Source: a virus (lineage: Duplodnaviria; Caudoviricetes). From it: a stretch of DNA of 64,000 nucleotides. The notes under the pieces were generated by a model. It worked only from the letters and a program-made list of their open reading frames with translations, searched no databases and was not told where the DNA came from. Numbering within the stretch: position 1 is the first letter of the stretch; the number at the start of each line of letters is the position of its first letter. Shown one piece after another: positions 16,356 through 25,659 of the stretch. The position numbers and the translations under genes are program-made. The stretch lies in IMG/VR virus record IMGVR_UViG_3300027759_000044. One strand, 5' to 3'.

Positions 16356-17775
16356 TAAAGAATATAGTGTAGAATTGCAGAAGTTGTTTCTGCAAATGAT
16401 GATTACAAATGCCGAGTTATACACCAGAGTTATGAACATTATGAACTCGGAGAACTTTGATAAATCATTAAGATCGGCAGCAGAGTTATTTAAAGAACAT
16501 ACAACAAAATATGGGGTACTACCCGACAGTACACAAATTAAAGCATTAACTGGTATGGATCTTGAAATAATACCTGAATTGAGTCAGGGACATTATGATT
16601 GGTTCTTTGAAGAATTTGAATCATTTACTAAACGACAAGAATTAGAAAGAGCAATATTAAAAAGTGCTGACTTACTTGAGAAGGGTGATTTTGGTCCTGT
16701 TGAAAAATTAATTAAAGATGCGGTACAAATCAGTTTACAAAAAGACATGGGTACAGATTATTTTGCTGATCCGGCAGGGCGTATTAACAAATACTTTAAC
16801 AGTGGTGGGCAAGTCAGTACAGGCTGGCCACAGATGGATAAGATTCTTTATGGTGGCATGAGTCGTGGAGAATTGAATATCTTTGCGGGTGGTTCAGGAT
16901 CAGGTAAATCACTTGTAATGATGAACATAGCATTAAATTGGTTACAGACAGGTATGAGTGGGGTATATGTCACATTAGAATTGAGTGAAGAACTAACTAG
17001 TTTGCGTACTGATGCGATGTTAACTAATATGGGCACAAGAGATATTCGTAAAGATATTGGATCAACTGAACTTAAAGTTAAGATGGTTGGTAAGAAAGCA
17101 GGACAATATCGTGTTAAAGCATTACCAGCACAAAGCAATGTAAATGACATTCGTGCTTATTTAAAAGAGGTTCAGATTCAAACAGGTATTAACATTGATT
17201 TTGTGATGATTGATTATTTGGATCTAGTAATGCCTGTCTCTGTTAAAGTTAACCCTAACGATCAGTTTATCAAAGACAAATATGTTGCTGAAGAATTGCG
17301 TAATCTTGCAAAAGAAATGAGTATTTTAATGGTAACAGCGTCACAGTTAAATCGTAGTGCGGTGGATGAGATTGAGTTTGATCATAGTCATATTGCTGGT
17401 GGTATCAGTAAGATTAATACAGCAGATAATGTGTTTGGTATCTTTACAAGTCGTAGTATGCGGGAGCGTGGGAAGTATCAGATCCAATGTATGAAGTCCC
17501 GTAGTTCAACTGGTGTTGGCATGAAAATTGACCTAGAGTACAATATTGAAACTATGCGTATTAGTGACAACGGAGGTGATGGTGATGATAGTTATAGACC
17601 ACAACCTAGTGCTACTCAGATTATGAGTTATTTGAAGCCACAATCTACCTTACAATCTACAGAACCTATCATAGATCAGGCTACAGGAGAGATATTAGAG
17701 GCGGAAAACAAGAAAATTGTAGTAGATGTTCAGGGATCAAAATTGAAGAATTTGCTGAATAGTTTAAAGAAATAA
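16336..17775 (+). CDS. gp41: Replicative DnaB-like helicase, gp41
   Basis: GGSGSGKS, TLELSE, IDYLD, TASQLNR, KSRSS; overlaps primase. Confidence 0.93.
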   Translation: MRKQSDNKEYSVELQKLFLQMMITNAELYTRVMNIMNSENFDKSLRSAAELFKEHTTKYGVLPDSTQIKALTGMDLEIIPELSQGHYDWFFEEFESFTKRQELERAILKSADLLEKGDFGPVEKLIKDAVQISLQKDMGTDYFADPAGRINKYFNSGGQVSTGWPQMDKILYGGMSRGELNIFAGGSGSGKSLVMMNIALNWLQTGMSGVYVTLELSEELTSLRTDAMLTNMGTRDIRKDIGSTELKVKMVGKKAGQYRVKALPAQSNVNDIRAYLKEVQIQTGINIDFVMIDYLDLVMPVSVKVNPNDQFIKDKYVAEELRNLAKEMSILMVTASQLNRSAVDEIEFDHSHIAGGISKINTADNVFGIFTSRSMRERGKYQIQCMKSRSSTGVGMKIDLEYNIETMRISDNGGDGDDSYRPQPSATQIMSYLKPQSTLQSTEPIIDQATGEILEAENKKIVVDVQGSKLKNLLNSLKK

Positions 17776-17811
17776 AACCGTAAAGTAGATAAATACTATT
17801 AGGAAACTATT

Positions 17812-18066
17812 ATGCAAAAACAAACTCGCAGCCTTCTGCAGGAATTGGAAGCTATCGGCAATAATCGTGATACAAGTCATGTTATTGAGAGTAGAGCCCA
17901 CAACATCATTACTAGTGCTATCAATTTGTTAGAGATGATTAATAGGAATTATCCTAAAGAACAAGCAGAGATATTAGAGAGAAAGTTGCTTGGTGCGATT
18001 AAATCACGTGACCAAGGAAAGTTTTCCAAATCAATAAAGAAAAACAGTGACAAAGAGCAGTTATGA
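17812..18066 (+). CDS. Hypothetical late protein
   Basis: GATAAATA at 17788; RBS AGGA. Confidence 0.75.
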   Translation: MQKQTRSLLQELEAIGNNRDTSHVIESRAHNIITSAINLLEMINRNYPKEQAEILERKLLGAIKSRDQGKFSKSIKKNSDKEQL

Positions 18067-19385
18067 ATTTATCGGAATCGTTATCTATATTAAGCAATAA
18101 ACTATCCTCTATTATATTATCAGAGACCGAGTTGACCACAGCACATTTAACACATCCAGAAGATATAATTGTTATGAAAGGTAGTGAAGGTTTAGAAAAT
18201 GCACTAGACCGAATGACTTCTACACTACAACAACCAGAGCAAGCAACAATCAAGTGGGACGGTAGTCCTGCACTAATATTTGGAAATGGCCCTGATGGTA
18301 AGTTCAGAGTTATGGACAAACATATGTTTGACAAAGTAGATGACAGTGGTAGAAATGTATTCAGTCCTAAACAGTTTGCTCAATATGATGTAAATAGAGG
18401 AGTAGACAGGGGAACTATGATACAAGACATTACCAATCTATGGCCTGGCTTACAAAAAGCAACTCCTAACACTCCCGGATACTACTGGGGTGATGTACTG
18501 TTTGGTGCACCGTTAACAGATACAAATGGATTCTATATCTTTAGACCCAATCCTACAGGAATTGAATATAAAATTCAAGCAAATAGTCCTTTTGCACAAC
18601 AGAATATAAAAGGTAAACGTGCCGGCATAGCTGTACATCAGTTTATACCAGCAGATGCACATCAAAAAGCATTAGAAGCAAATATAGAAGCAAAACGTAG
18701 GGGTAGTAACGAAAAATACGTAGCAACTATGTTCTCCCAATCACTTAATGGTGGTTTGGGAAATCTCCAAGTTTCACCAAAGTCTAGTATAGCTATACTC
18801 CCTAGTAAGATGGCTATTACTCCTGAAATGAATACTGCAGGATGGGATGATGCTATTGAACGAGTTAAACAGATGTTAGCACCTCTAGCTCCTAGTATTG
18901 ATAAGTTTGTAGCTGGTATACCATTAGCTAACATAACAACAAACAATGCTTTTAAAGGATACCTCACTAGTTATATTAACTATGAAGTAAGAAAAATTGC
19001 CCCTAGTTTGAGTGCTAGTAAAACTCCCAAACAGCGTGATGCTGTTATCAATAATGCATTGAAGATGATGGGTAAAGACTTTATGAATTATGTACAGCAG
19101 AAGTTAGATACGAACGCAAAGATGCCAGACAACAATAAACAAATGATATTGAATCACATCAAAGCTAATCAAAAGGGTATGCTTAACTTGTATAGAGTCT
19201 GGGCTGAGGTATACAAGCTTAAAATGCACGTATATAATGACTTAGATGTTGCCGGGAAACAGAGTCCAGTCAAGGGTTACTTGCAAGGGGGTGCAGAGAG
19301 CCAAGAAGGCTATGTAGCACACGGAGTCAAGTATGTAGACCGTTTAGGTGGCTTTAGCGCACAACATTTGGGTGGACGAGGATAA
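18063..19385 (+). CDS. Ligase-like covalent nucleotidyltransferase (KxDG; recalled as DUF6267-like)
   Basis: HLTHPED, TIKWDGSPA (motif I), YWGDVLF (III), QEGYV (IV), KYVDR (V). Confidence 0.6.
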   Translation: MNLSESLSILSNKLSSIILSETELTTAHLTHPEDIIVMKGSEGLENALDRMTSTLQQPEQATIKWDGSPALIFGNGPDGKFRVMDKHMFDKVDDSGRNVFSPKQFAQYDVNRGVDRGTMIQDITNLWPGLQKATPNTPGYYWGDVLFGAPLTDTNGFYIFRPNPTGIEYKIQANSPFAQQNIKGKRAGIAVHQFIPADAHQKALEANIEAKRRGSNEKYVATMFSQSLNGGLGNLQVSPKSSIAILPSKMAITPEMNTAGWDDAIERVKQMLAPLAPSIDKFVAGIPLANITTNNAFKGYLTSYINYEVRKIAPSLSASKTPKQRDAVINNALKMMGKDFMNYVQQKLDTNAKMPDNNKQMILNHIKANQKGMLNLYRVWAEVYKLKMHVYNDLDVAGKQSPVKGYLQGGAESQEGYVAHGVKYVDRLGGFSAQHLGGRG

Positions 19386-19468
19386 ATTAAGCCCAAAACC
19401 GACATTTTTTGTTGCCAGGCATAAATAATAGTAGAGCTATATGCTCACAAACTTAAAGGAATTTTAAA

Positions 19469-19852
19469 ATGTCACAATTTACAAAAACAAACGGCGACTT
19501 GCTACCGGTAATTAACTATGACTTACCGTCATACACAAACAGCGGTGCAAACGCTGTTACTTCAGCGGCTACAGTTCAACCACAAGGTCCTAAGCTAGAC
19601 TTCTTCACGATTACAGCTACTGGTGCTTTGACAGGTACTCAAGTTAACTTGATCATCCAAGCTACACAACAATTAGCTACAGTTTACTTGTATGAGTATA
19701 CAGACGACACTAATGACACATTAGCAATGGCTGTATATCCAACAGGTGCATGGACAACTACAACTTTAGATGCCGCTGTTGAAGCAGTTCTAACGGCAGC
19801 TAGCTTGTCTAATTCTGTAACTACAACAGCTACAGCTACATTCACAGGTTAA
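19469..19852 (+). CDS. Putative small virion protein
   Basis: Thr/Ala-rich; late motif at 19420; strong RBS; own terminator. Confidence 0.7.
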   Translation: MSQFTKTNGDLLPVINYDLPSYTNSGANAVTSAATVQPQGPKLDFFTITATGALTGTQVNLIIQATQQLATVYLYEYTDDTNDTLAMAVYPTGAWTTTTLDAAVEAVLTAASLSNSVTTTATATFTG

Positions 19853-19872
19853 TTTTTAACTTGAATAAAAGG

Positions 19873-19897
19873 ACCCGAGAATTTCTCGGGTTTTTTT
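19873..19897 (+). terminator. Rho-independent terminator
   Basis: ACCCGAGA-ATT-TCTCGGGT followed by a T tract. Confidence 0.9.
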
Positions 19898-19916
19898 ACC
19901 TCTATTAAATAGTAGT

Positions 19917-20375
19917 ATGAGTTACACTATTACTTGCTATACACTATTTGATATTACACCTACTGGAGTAGTCAATCGAAGCCGTCCGGTTGTAGATGAA
20001 GAATTGATACCTTGGCTACATAAAAGAAATACACAATGTAATTTTGATACTGTATTACAAGCAATATCATTACGTAGCCAACCTGAAATTACTAGAACAC
20101 CTGAAAAAACACAGATACGATTTGATGAATTTACTGACTTTGGTTTTTTATATCAACAACAAGAAAATGAATTATATAACTGTTGGTCATTTGATTTTAG
20201 CATACAACATGCTAGTGTGTTTAATGACGATACAAATGATTTAGGAGCATTATATAGTGATTGTGACACGGTACCAATGATTAAAACAGAAACAGTTTGG
20301 GACAAATTACCGGCATTTTTAGATACCAGCGCCGAACTACGTAACATATACTTTAAGGTAGTACAACATGGTTAA
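19917..20375 (+). CDS. Hypothetical protein
   Basis: 152-aa ORF after a TTAAATA motif. Confidence 0.75.
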   Translation: MSYTITCYTLFDITPTGVVNRSRPVVDEELIPWLHKRNTQCNFDTVLQAISLRSQPEITRTPEKTQIRFDEFTDFGFLYQQQENELYNCWSFDFSIQHASVFNDDTNDLGALYSDCDTVPMIKTETVWDKLPAFLDTSAELRNIYFKVVQHG

Positions 20376-20847
20376 GAAAATTAATACAGAAAAACAATTA
20401 GAAAAGTTAATGAAAACTGAATTTGTAGGGCAGTTAGAAGATGTTATTATTTTTCAAAATTCTGACAATAGTTATGAGTTATTCAATATGTATCATATTA
20501 ATAAGAATGATACTAATGAATATATAGTGAAAATGCACACTACATTCACTACTCATAATTTTAATACTCTTAAACATGCTGTAGCATGGTGTACGTTTGA
20601 TAAAAGAAATATGCTATATCAATCAAATAGGATAATTAAATTGGACAATTTATTAGCTGGATTAGAAGTAGATATATCATTACATACCAAAATGTTTAAA
20701 AATGCCAAAAATACAGACGATCGGTTAATATTTTTATCCAAATTAAGTGAAGATAAGCTAAAAAAACGACAGATTACGGATGAATTATATACATATATTA
20801 ATGATTCCAAAAAATGGCAAACTAACAGATTTAACGCAAAACCCTAA
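20368..20847 (+). CDS. Hypothetical protein
   Basis: 159-aa ORF overlapping the previous one by 8 nt. Confidence 0.75.
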   Translation: MVKKINTEKQLEKLMKTEFVGQLEDVIIFQNSDNSYELFNMYHINKNDTNEYIVKMHTTFTTHNFNTLKHAVAWCTFDKRNMLYQSNRIIKLDNLLAGLEVDISLHTKMFKNAKNTDDRLIFLSKLSEDKLKKRQITDELYTYINDSKKWQTNRFNAKP

Positions 20848-20896
20848 CAATAAAACAAAAAAGATAAATACTTTATCTTAGTCTTGGAATATAATT

Positions 20897-21628
20897 ATGA
20901 AACTAACTGAATTCGACAACAAAAAAATATCAACTGCTAAAAGAGCGTTGAATGAACACTATTCTCTTCCGTTCAATACAAAGAGAATGTCCGTAACGGA
21001 AACTAGGTCTATGCTTAGTAAAGTTCGTGGATTGATTAATGAAACTAAATCATCTAATGAATTTTATCAAAGCCAAACTAGTCCATCGTACATGAAACTA
21101 GTATTTATGGAACAAGCATTAGCTGACCATTTTAGCTATTTACAGTCATTACCTAGAACTCGCATCGTTGTAGAAAACGAAGAAGTTGAGAAGTCACAGG
21201 TTGTTCTTGCAGCCCAAGACATGGTAGACCAAGTACAGAAAATGGTTGAAGAAGTATCTGATATGTTAGTAAAAGAATTACCAGCATTAACATCAGGTGT
21301 TCAAAGCGAGATTGGTGTAAATGAAAGTGAAACTTTCAGCCAACAAGTTACTGAAGCATTAACTGCATTGCAAGCCGCATTGACACAAAGCAAAGGAACA
21401 TTACAATCTGCATTGAACGGTATTACTGGTCAAGGTGGTGATATGATGAGTTCTGCTGATGATGCTTTTGGTGATGATTCGGGTGAAGAGACCGCAGATT
21501 TAAATGTAGATATGTCGGGTGATCTAGCCGGTGATGGTGATGATGATTTCAGCGTTGATGATGACATTTCTGTTGAAGAACCAGAAGAAGAAGTACCTGT
21601 AGCAGGTGCCGGTCGCCTAAAGAGATAA
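20897..21628 (+). CDS. Putative prohead core or scaffold-like protein
   Basis: MKLTE start, coiled-coil middle, acidic tail; late motif at 20863. Confidence 0.5.
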   Translation: MKLTEFDNKKISTAKRALNEHYSLPFNTKRMSVTETRSMLSKVRGLINETKSSNEFYQSQTSPSYMKLVFMEQALADHFSYLQSLPRTRIVVENEEVEKSQVVLAAQDMVDQVQKMVEEVSDMLVKELPALTSGVQSEIGVNESETFSQQVTEALTALQAALTQSKGTLQSALNGITGQGGDMMSSADDAFGDDSGEETADLNVDMSGDLAGDGDDDFSVDDDISVEEPEEEVPVAGAGRLKR

Positions 21629-21951
21629 TGCGTTTATTTGAACTATCCAATCCAAACCCACTATTAGTAAGATTAGTTGCTGTAACAAGTCAGTTAACTA
21701 GCGATATTGATAGTGGTGTTGAACATTCGGATTGGACAGTAGATGAATTATTACAATTCTATAAAGATAATGATATCATATTAGCCAAAGAAGATTTATA
21801 TGATATGATTAAAAAATTACCATTGAAGAATAAAATCTCAAATATACAAGGTGATAAGGTTATATTCAAAGGTCAAGAAACTCCAGTTGAACCTGAAGAA
21901 GAAGATAGCAAAAAAGTTGTCAAACAAATGGCACAAAAAGCAATGAAGTAA
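21628..21951 (+). CDS. Hypothetical protein (MRLFE N-terminus)
   Basis: TAATG coupling to the upstream gene. Confidence 0.75.
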   Translation: MRLFELSNPNPLLVRLVAVTSQLTSDIDSGVEHSDWTVDELLQFYKDNDIILAKEDLYDMIKKLPLKNKISNIQGDKVIFKGQETPVEPEEEDSKKVVKQMAQKAMK

Positions 21952-21952
21952 G

Positions 21953-22279
21953 ATGATTACAATCACTGAAAAAGCTTCAAACAAAATAAAACAAATAATA
22001 ACAAAACGTGGTAAGGGTCTAGGTATACGAATAGGCGTTAAGACTACCGGATGTAGTGGTTTGGCATATGTTTTGGAATATGTAGACGAATACAAATATG
22101 ATGAATCCATCATTAATTACGCCCAAAATGAGTTTATTGTTTTAGTAGATAAGAAACATGATGTATACTTAAAGAACATGATAGTTGACTATGTACGTAA
22201 TGGATTAAACGAAGGATTTGAATTCAGTAATCCAAATGAGCGTGATAGATGCGGATGCGGAGAGAGTTTTAGAGTTTAA
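21953..22279 (+). CDS. iscA: Fe-S cluster carrier IscA (A-type carrier)
   Basis: GVKTTGCSGLAY and C-terminal NPN...CGCGESF. Confidence 0.95.
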   Translation: MITITEKASNKIKQIITKRGKGLGIRIGVKTTGCSGLAYVLEYVDEYKYDESIINYAQNEFIVLVDKKHDVYLKNMIVDYVRNGLNEGFEFSNPNERDRCGCGESFRV

Positions 22280-22317
22280 CCTAAATCATTGCGTTAGGTT
22301 ATAAAATACAGTATAAT
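22276..22317 (+). promoter_or_regulatory. Class II (AACC-box) promoter
   Basis: TTAACCTAAA-TCA-TTGCGT 22289-22294, 17 nt, TATAAT 22312-22317. Confidence 0.7.
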
Positions 22318-22320
22318 AGC

Positions 22321-23010
22321 TTGATGTACAATCCAAACAAATATAATTACGTTCCTTTGCTTAGGGAAACAATAAATGGCTCACGTAAATACGCCACGCC
22401 TGATGGTGAGAAACTTCCTAGTGTCACTACAATACTAGATGCTACTAAAAGTGAAGAATCTAAACAAGCATTACAAAATTGGCGAAAGCGAGTTGGTGTT
22501 CAGAAAGCACAAGAAATCACAACAGAAGCCGCAGGTCGTGGAACACGAATGCACAAGTGGTTAGAAGATTATATTAAGACAGGAGTACTCAATGAGCCCG
22601 GAAGCAATCCGTATAGCTTGCAAAGCCATAAAATGGCCCAATCAATCATTAATCAAGGCCTTAGCAAGTGTAGTGAATGGTGGGGTACAGAAGTTCCTCT
22701 CTATTATCCAAAAATTTACGCAGGGACGACAGATTTAGTTGGTATACATGATGGCAGTGATGCTATTATGGACCATAAGCAAACAAACAAGCCTAAAAAA
22801 CGTGAGTGGATTGATGATTATTTTGTTCAGTTAGCAGCCTATGCTAATGCTCATAATGAAGTTCATGGCACAAAGATTCGTAAAGGTGTTATTTTTATGT
22901 GTTCTGCCGCAAATGAATATCAGGAATTTATCTTAGAAGGTCCTGAATTTGTAAAGTATAGTGATATATGGTTTAACCGTGTTGAAAAGTATTATGAACA
23001 GTTCTTGTAA
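22321..23010 (+). CDS. PD-(D/E)XK exonuclease (lambda-exo/MGME1-like)
   Basis: LPSVTTIL, RGTRMH, YAGTTD, IMDHK, QLAAYA. Confidence 0.85.
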   Translation: MMYNPNKYNYVPLLRETINGSRKYATPDGEKLPSVTTILDATKSEESKQALQNWRKRVGVQKAQEITTEAAGRGTRMHKWLEDYIKTGVLNEPGSNPYSLQSHKMAQSIINQGLSKCSEWWGTEVPLYYPKIYAGTTDLVGIHDGSDAIMDHKQTNKPKKREWIDDYFVQLAAYANAHNEVHGTKIRKGVIFMCSAANEYQEFILEGPEFVKYSDIWFNRVEKYYEQFL

Positions 23011-23054
23011 CAAATAATGATAAATAAGTATAAATCTTCTAAAGAATTATACTT

Positions 23055-24977
23055 ATGGCCATTATACAGATATCAAAAATCCAACAGCGTTCAGGTAACC
23101 TTGTAGACCTGCCACAATTATCAGAAGCACAATTAGGTTGGGCTAATGATGCTAAACGCCTTTTTATAGGTGGAACAGGCAATGCTAATACCTATAATGA
23201 AAACATTGAAGTATTAACATCTTATTCTGATATTACCTTTAGTCAGATTAACGGTAGTGAGGGTAATTTAAATATTTCCAATGCTCAGACTGGTCAAATT
23301 CTAACCTATGTAGCTAGTACAAATACTTGGGATAATGCAGGTGGTAACGCATTACAACCCGGCAATTCCGCATTATATACCGGCGGTAATATTCATTTGG
23401 GTGATGTATCTACTCTTAAAATTGGTGGCGGAGCAATAGGATATGTGTTAGAAACAGATGGTGTGGGTAATCTAACATGGACACCCAAATCAACAATTAC
23501 AGCATACATTAGCGCAGTAACAAAAGCTAATCCTGGTGTAGTAACCACTACCGAAGATAATTTCTTTACTGAAGGTGCTGAAATAACTATCACTAATGTT
23601 GGTGGTATGGTAGAGCTTAATGGTGGAAGTTTTTATGTAAATATATTAACTTCTAACACGTTTTCTTTGTACTCGGATTCTGGTTTAACGACTCCGGTAG
23701 ACACAACTGGATATACTACATATACAACCGGTGGTAGGGTAATATCTAGCGTAGGTGGCGCAGGAACTAGTGCAGCCGGCGGTAGCAATACTACTATTCA
23801 ATTTAATGATAATAATGTCATTCAAGGCAACGCTGGATTTACGTTCAATAAAATTACAGGCGCAGTAGCTATTCCAGGTAACCTTACTGCAGGTAATGTA
23901 AGTGGTACACTAGTTACGGGTACATTAACAACTGTAGCACAACCAAACATCACAAGTGTTGGTACATTAACATCACTTGTAGTTACTGGTAACATTACAG
24001 GTGCAAATTTAATAGGTAATCATTATGGTTCAGGTATTGGATTAACTTCTATTCCGGGTGCAAATGTAACAGGTCAAGTAGCTAATGCACTAGTAGCAGG
24101 GACAATCTATACTGCGGCACAACCAAATATCACATCAGTGGGTACATTAACAAGTTTAGCTGTAACGGGTAATATAAGTGGAGCAAATATTACTGGTACA
24201 CATTATGGTTCAGGTATTGGATTAACTTCTATTCCGGGTGCAAATGTAACAGGTCAAGTAGCTAATGCACTAGTAGCAGGGACAGTATATACAAATGCAC
24301 AACCAAATATCACTAGTGTTGGTACACTAACAACTGTAACTGTAAGCGGTAATGCCAATGTAGGTAATATATTAACTGATAACTATAAGTATGCTAACGG
24401 TACTTCTATTAGTTTTGCCGGAACATATGGCAATAGTAATGTAAGTTTATTCTTAGCCTCATATGGTAGCAATACAATTAGTACGACCGGTAACATAACT
24501 GCAGGTAATATTATTACTACTGTTTTAACAGCAGGAGCTAACACGACAGCAGGTAATATTACAGGTAACTGGTCATTAACTACCGGATCTAAATTAACAG
24601 CAACATATGCTGACTTAGCAGAATATTATGAATCAGATAGACATTACGAACCCGGTACAGTACTGGCATTTGGTGGAGACAAAGAAGTTACAATCGCAGA
24701 AGATTCGACTACGAAAGTTGCAGGTATTGTATCAACTAATCCAGCATATGTAATGAATAGTTCTTGTCCAGGTCAACATACAGTTGCATTAGCATTACAA
24801 GGTCGTGTTCCGTGTAAAGTACGTGGTAATATTAAAAAGGGTGATATGTTAGTAAGTGCAGGATATGGCTTTGCCAAATCTACACCCTTCCCAATATTGG
24901 GTACAGTGATTGGTAAATCATTAGAAAACTTTGATGGTGTAGAAGGCATCATTGAAGTAGCAGTCGGCAGACTTTAA
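23055..24977 (+). CDS. Tail fibre or spike-like protein
   Basis: Mtd-N-like start (IQQRSGNLVDLPQL..AQLGW), FCCH-like module, three QPNITSVGTLT repeats, C-terminal ADLAEYY...GTV...GRVPCKV domain. Confidence 0.75.
   Translation: MAIIQISKIQQRSGNLVDLPQLSEAQLGWANDAKRLFIGGTGNANTYNENIEVLTSYSDITFSQINGSEGNLNISNAQTGQILTYVASTNTWDNAGGNALQPGNSALYTGGNIHLGDVSTLKIGGGAIGYVLETDGVGNLTWTPKSTITAYISAVTKANPGVVTTTEDNFFTEGAEITITNVGGMVELNGGSFYVNILTSNTFSLYSDSGLTTPVDTTGYTTYTTGGRVISSVGGAGTSAAGGSNTTIQFNDNNVIQGNAGFTFNKITGAVAIPGNLTAGNVSGTLVTGTLTTVAQPNITSVGTLTSLVVTGNITGANLIGNHYGSGIGLTSIPGANVTGQVANALVAGTIYTAAQPNITSVGTLTSLAVTGNISGANITGTHYGSGIGLTSIPGANVTGQVANALVAGTVYTNAQPNITSVGTLTTVTVSGNANVGNILTDNYKYANGTSISFAGTYGNSNVSLFLASYGSNTISTTGNITAGNIITTVLTAGANTTAGNITGNWSLTTGSKLTATYADLAEYYESDRHYEPGTVLAFGGDKEVTIAEDSTTKVAGIVSTNPAYVMNSSCPGQHTVALALQGRVPCKVRGNIKKGDMLVSAGYGFAKSTPFPILGTVIGKSLENFDGVEGIIEVAVGRL
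24021..24284 (+). repeat. Identical 84-nt direct repeat inside the fibre gene (24021-24104 = 24201-24284)
   Basis: CATTATGGTTCAGG...GCAGGGACA is identical; period 180 nt (60 aa). Confidence 0.9.
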
Positions 24978-24995
24978 AATAATAGGAAAAATAAA

Positions 24996-25553
24996 ATGGC
25001 ATCATACGCATATACAGCAAACACTTCATCAGCTTCGGCATCAGCAAATATAGCAACTGATAAAATAAGAATTGCTACTAGCAATGTAGGAATACAATAT
25101 ACAACTAGCTTCCCCAATGTTGCGATAACAGGAAACGTAACATGTAATACAAGTAGTGCTACGGTTACTGGTGTAGCTACATTGTTTACTACTCAATTAA
25201 ATGTTGGAGCCTGGATAGGTAATATTACTGGATCTAACGTGGGTATTATAAAAGCTATTGCTAATAATACTAGTTTAACTTTAACCGCTAATGCATCAGT
25301 AGCTATTTCAAATACTACTGCTAGATATAACCCATATGGTGTTGCTTATACTGTAGCAAATGCCAATAGCGAATTGGTTCCACCTAATACCGTTAATAAT
25401 AGTATTATTGTAGGACAAGGTAATATTGTATCTTATCTATCAACAGCGGGTGCAAATTCACTATTCACTATTACTGAATTAGGAGCTCCTCATGCTAATA
25501 CAGGCACATCTGGTGTAAATGCTACACCGGCACTTGGCGGTCCTGTAGAGTAA
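24996..25553 (+). CDS. Putative virion structural protein
   Basis: Ala/Thr/Asn/Gly-rich beta-type sequence, RBS AGGA. Confidence 0.65.
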   Translation: MASYAYTANTSSASASANIATDKIRIATSNVGIQYTTSFPNVAITGNVTCNTSSATVTGVATLFTTQLNVGAWIGNITGSNVGIIKAIANNTSLTLTANASVAISNTTARYNPYGVAYTVANANSELVPPNTVNNSIIVGQGNIVSYLSTAGANSLFTITELGAPHANTGTSGVNATPALGGPVE

Positions 25554-25584
25554 AATATACCTTTATAGATAAATACTTAATACA

Positions 25585-25639
25585 TTCTCATTCTGAGAGT
25601 TTATGCAGTAACCCACTGCGTAGCGGCTAGAACCCGCTA
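25585..25639 (+). ncRNA. Candidate structured 5' leader with three hairpins
   Basis: TTCTCA/TGAGAG, TATGCAG/CTGCGTA and TAGCGG/CCGCTA between GATAAATA (25568) and the RBS. Confidence 0.45.
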
Positions 25640-25659
25640 ATTTTATAAAGGAAAATCAA

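Noticed and set aside
21940-22290. Direct-repeat insertion scars around iscA, and likewise around the ParB-like (33669) and RyR-like (62309) genes
   Set aside because: Only matches of 7 nt or less were found, at chance level for AT-rich DNA.
22321-23010. Cas4 / CRISPR link, and an Fe-S client for the adjacent IscA
   Set aside because: PD-(D/E)XK nuclease without the four-Cys Fe-S arrangement of Cas4; no repeat-spacer array seen in the window.
23055-24977. Diversity-generating retroelement target (Mtd-like N-terminus, internal repeat)
   Set aside because: No reverse transcriptase, no adenine-specific TR/VR pair and no C-type lectin C-terminus; the repeat is identical and in frame.
25585-25640. 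preQ1-I riboswitch (GCAGTAACCC on plus, GGTTCTAGC on minus) or hammerhead (CTGAGAG)
   Set aside because: Only short word matches; the preQ1 P1 stem with A-rich tail and the hammerhead CUGANGA/GAAA core are absent.
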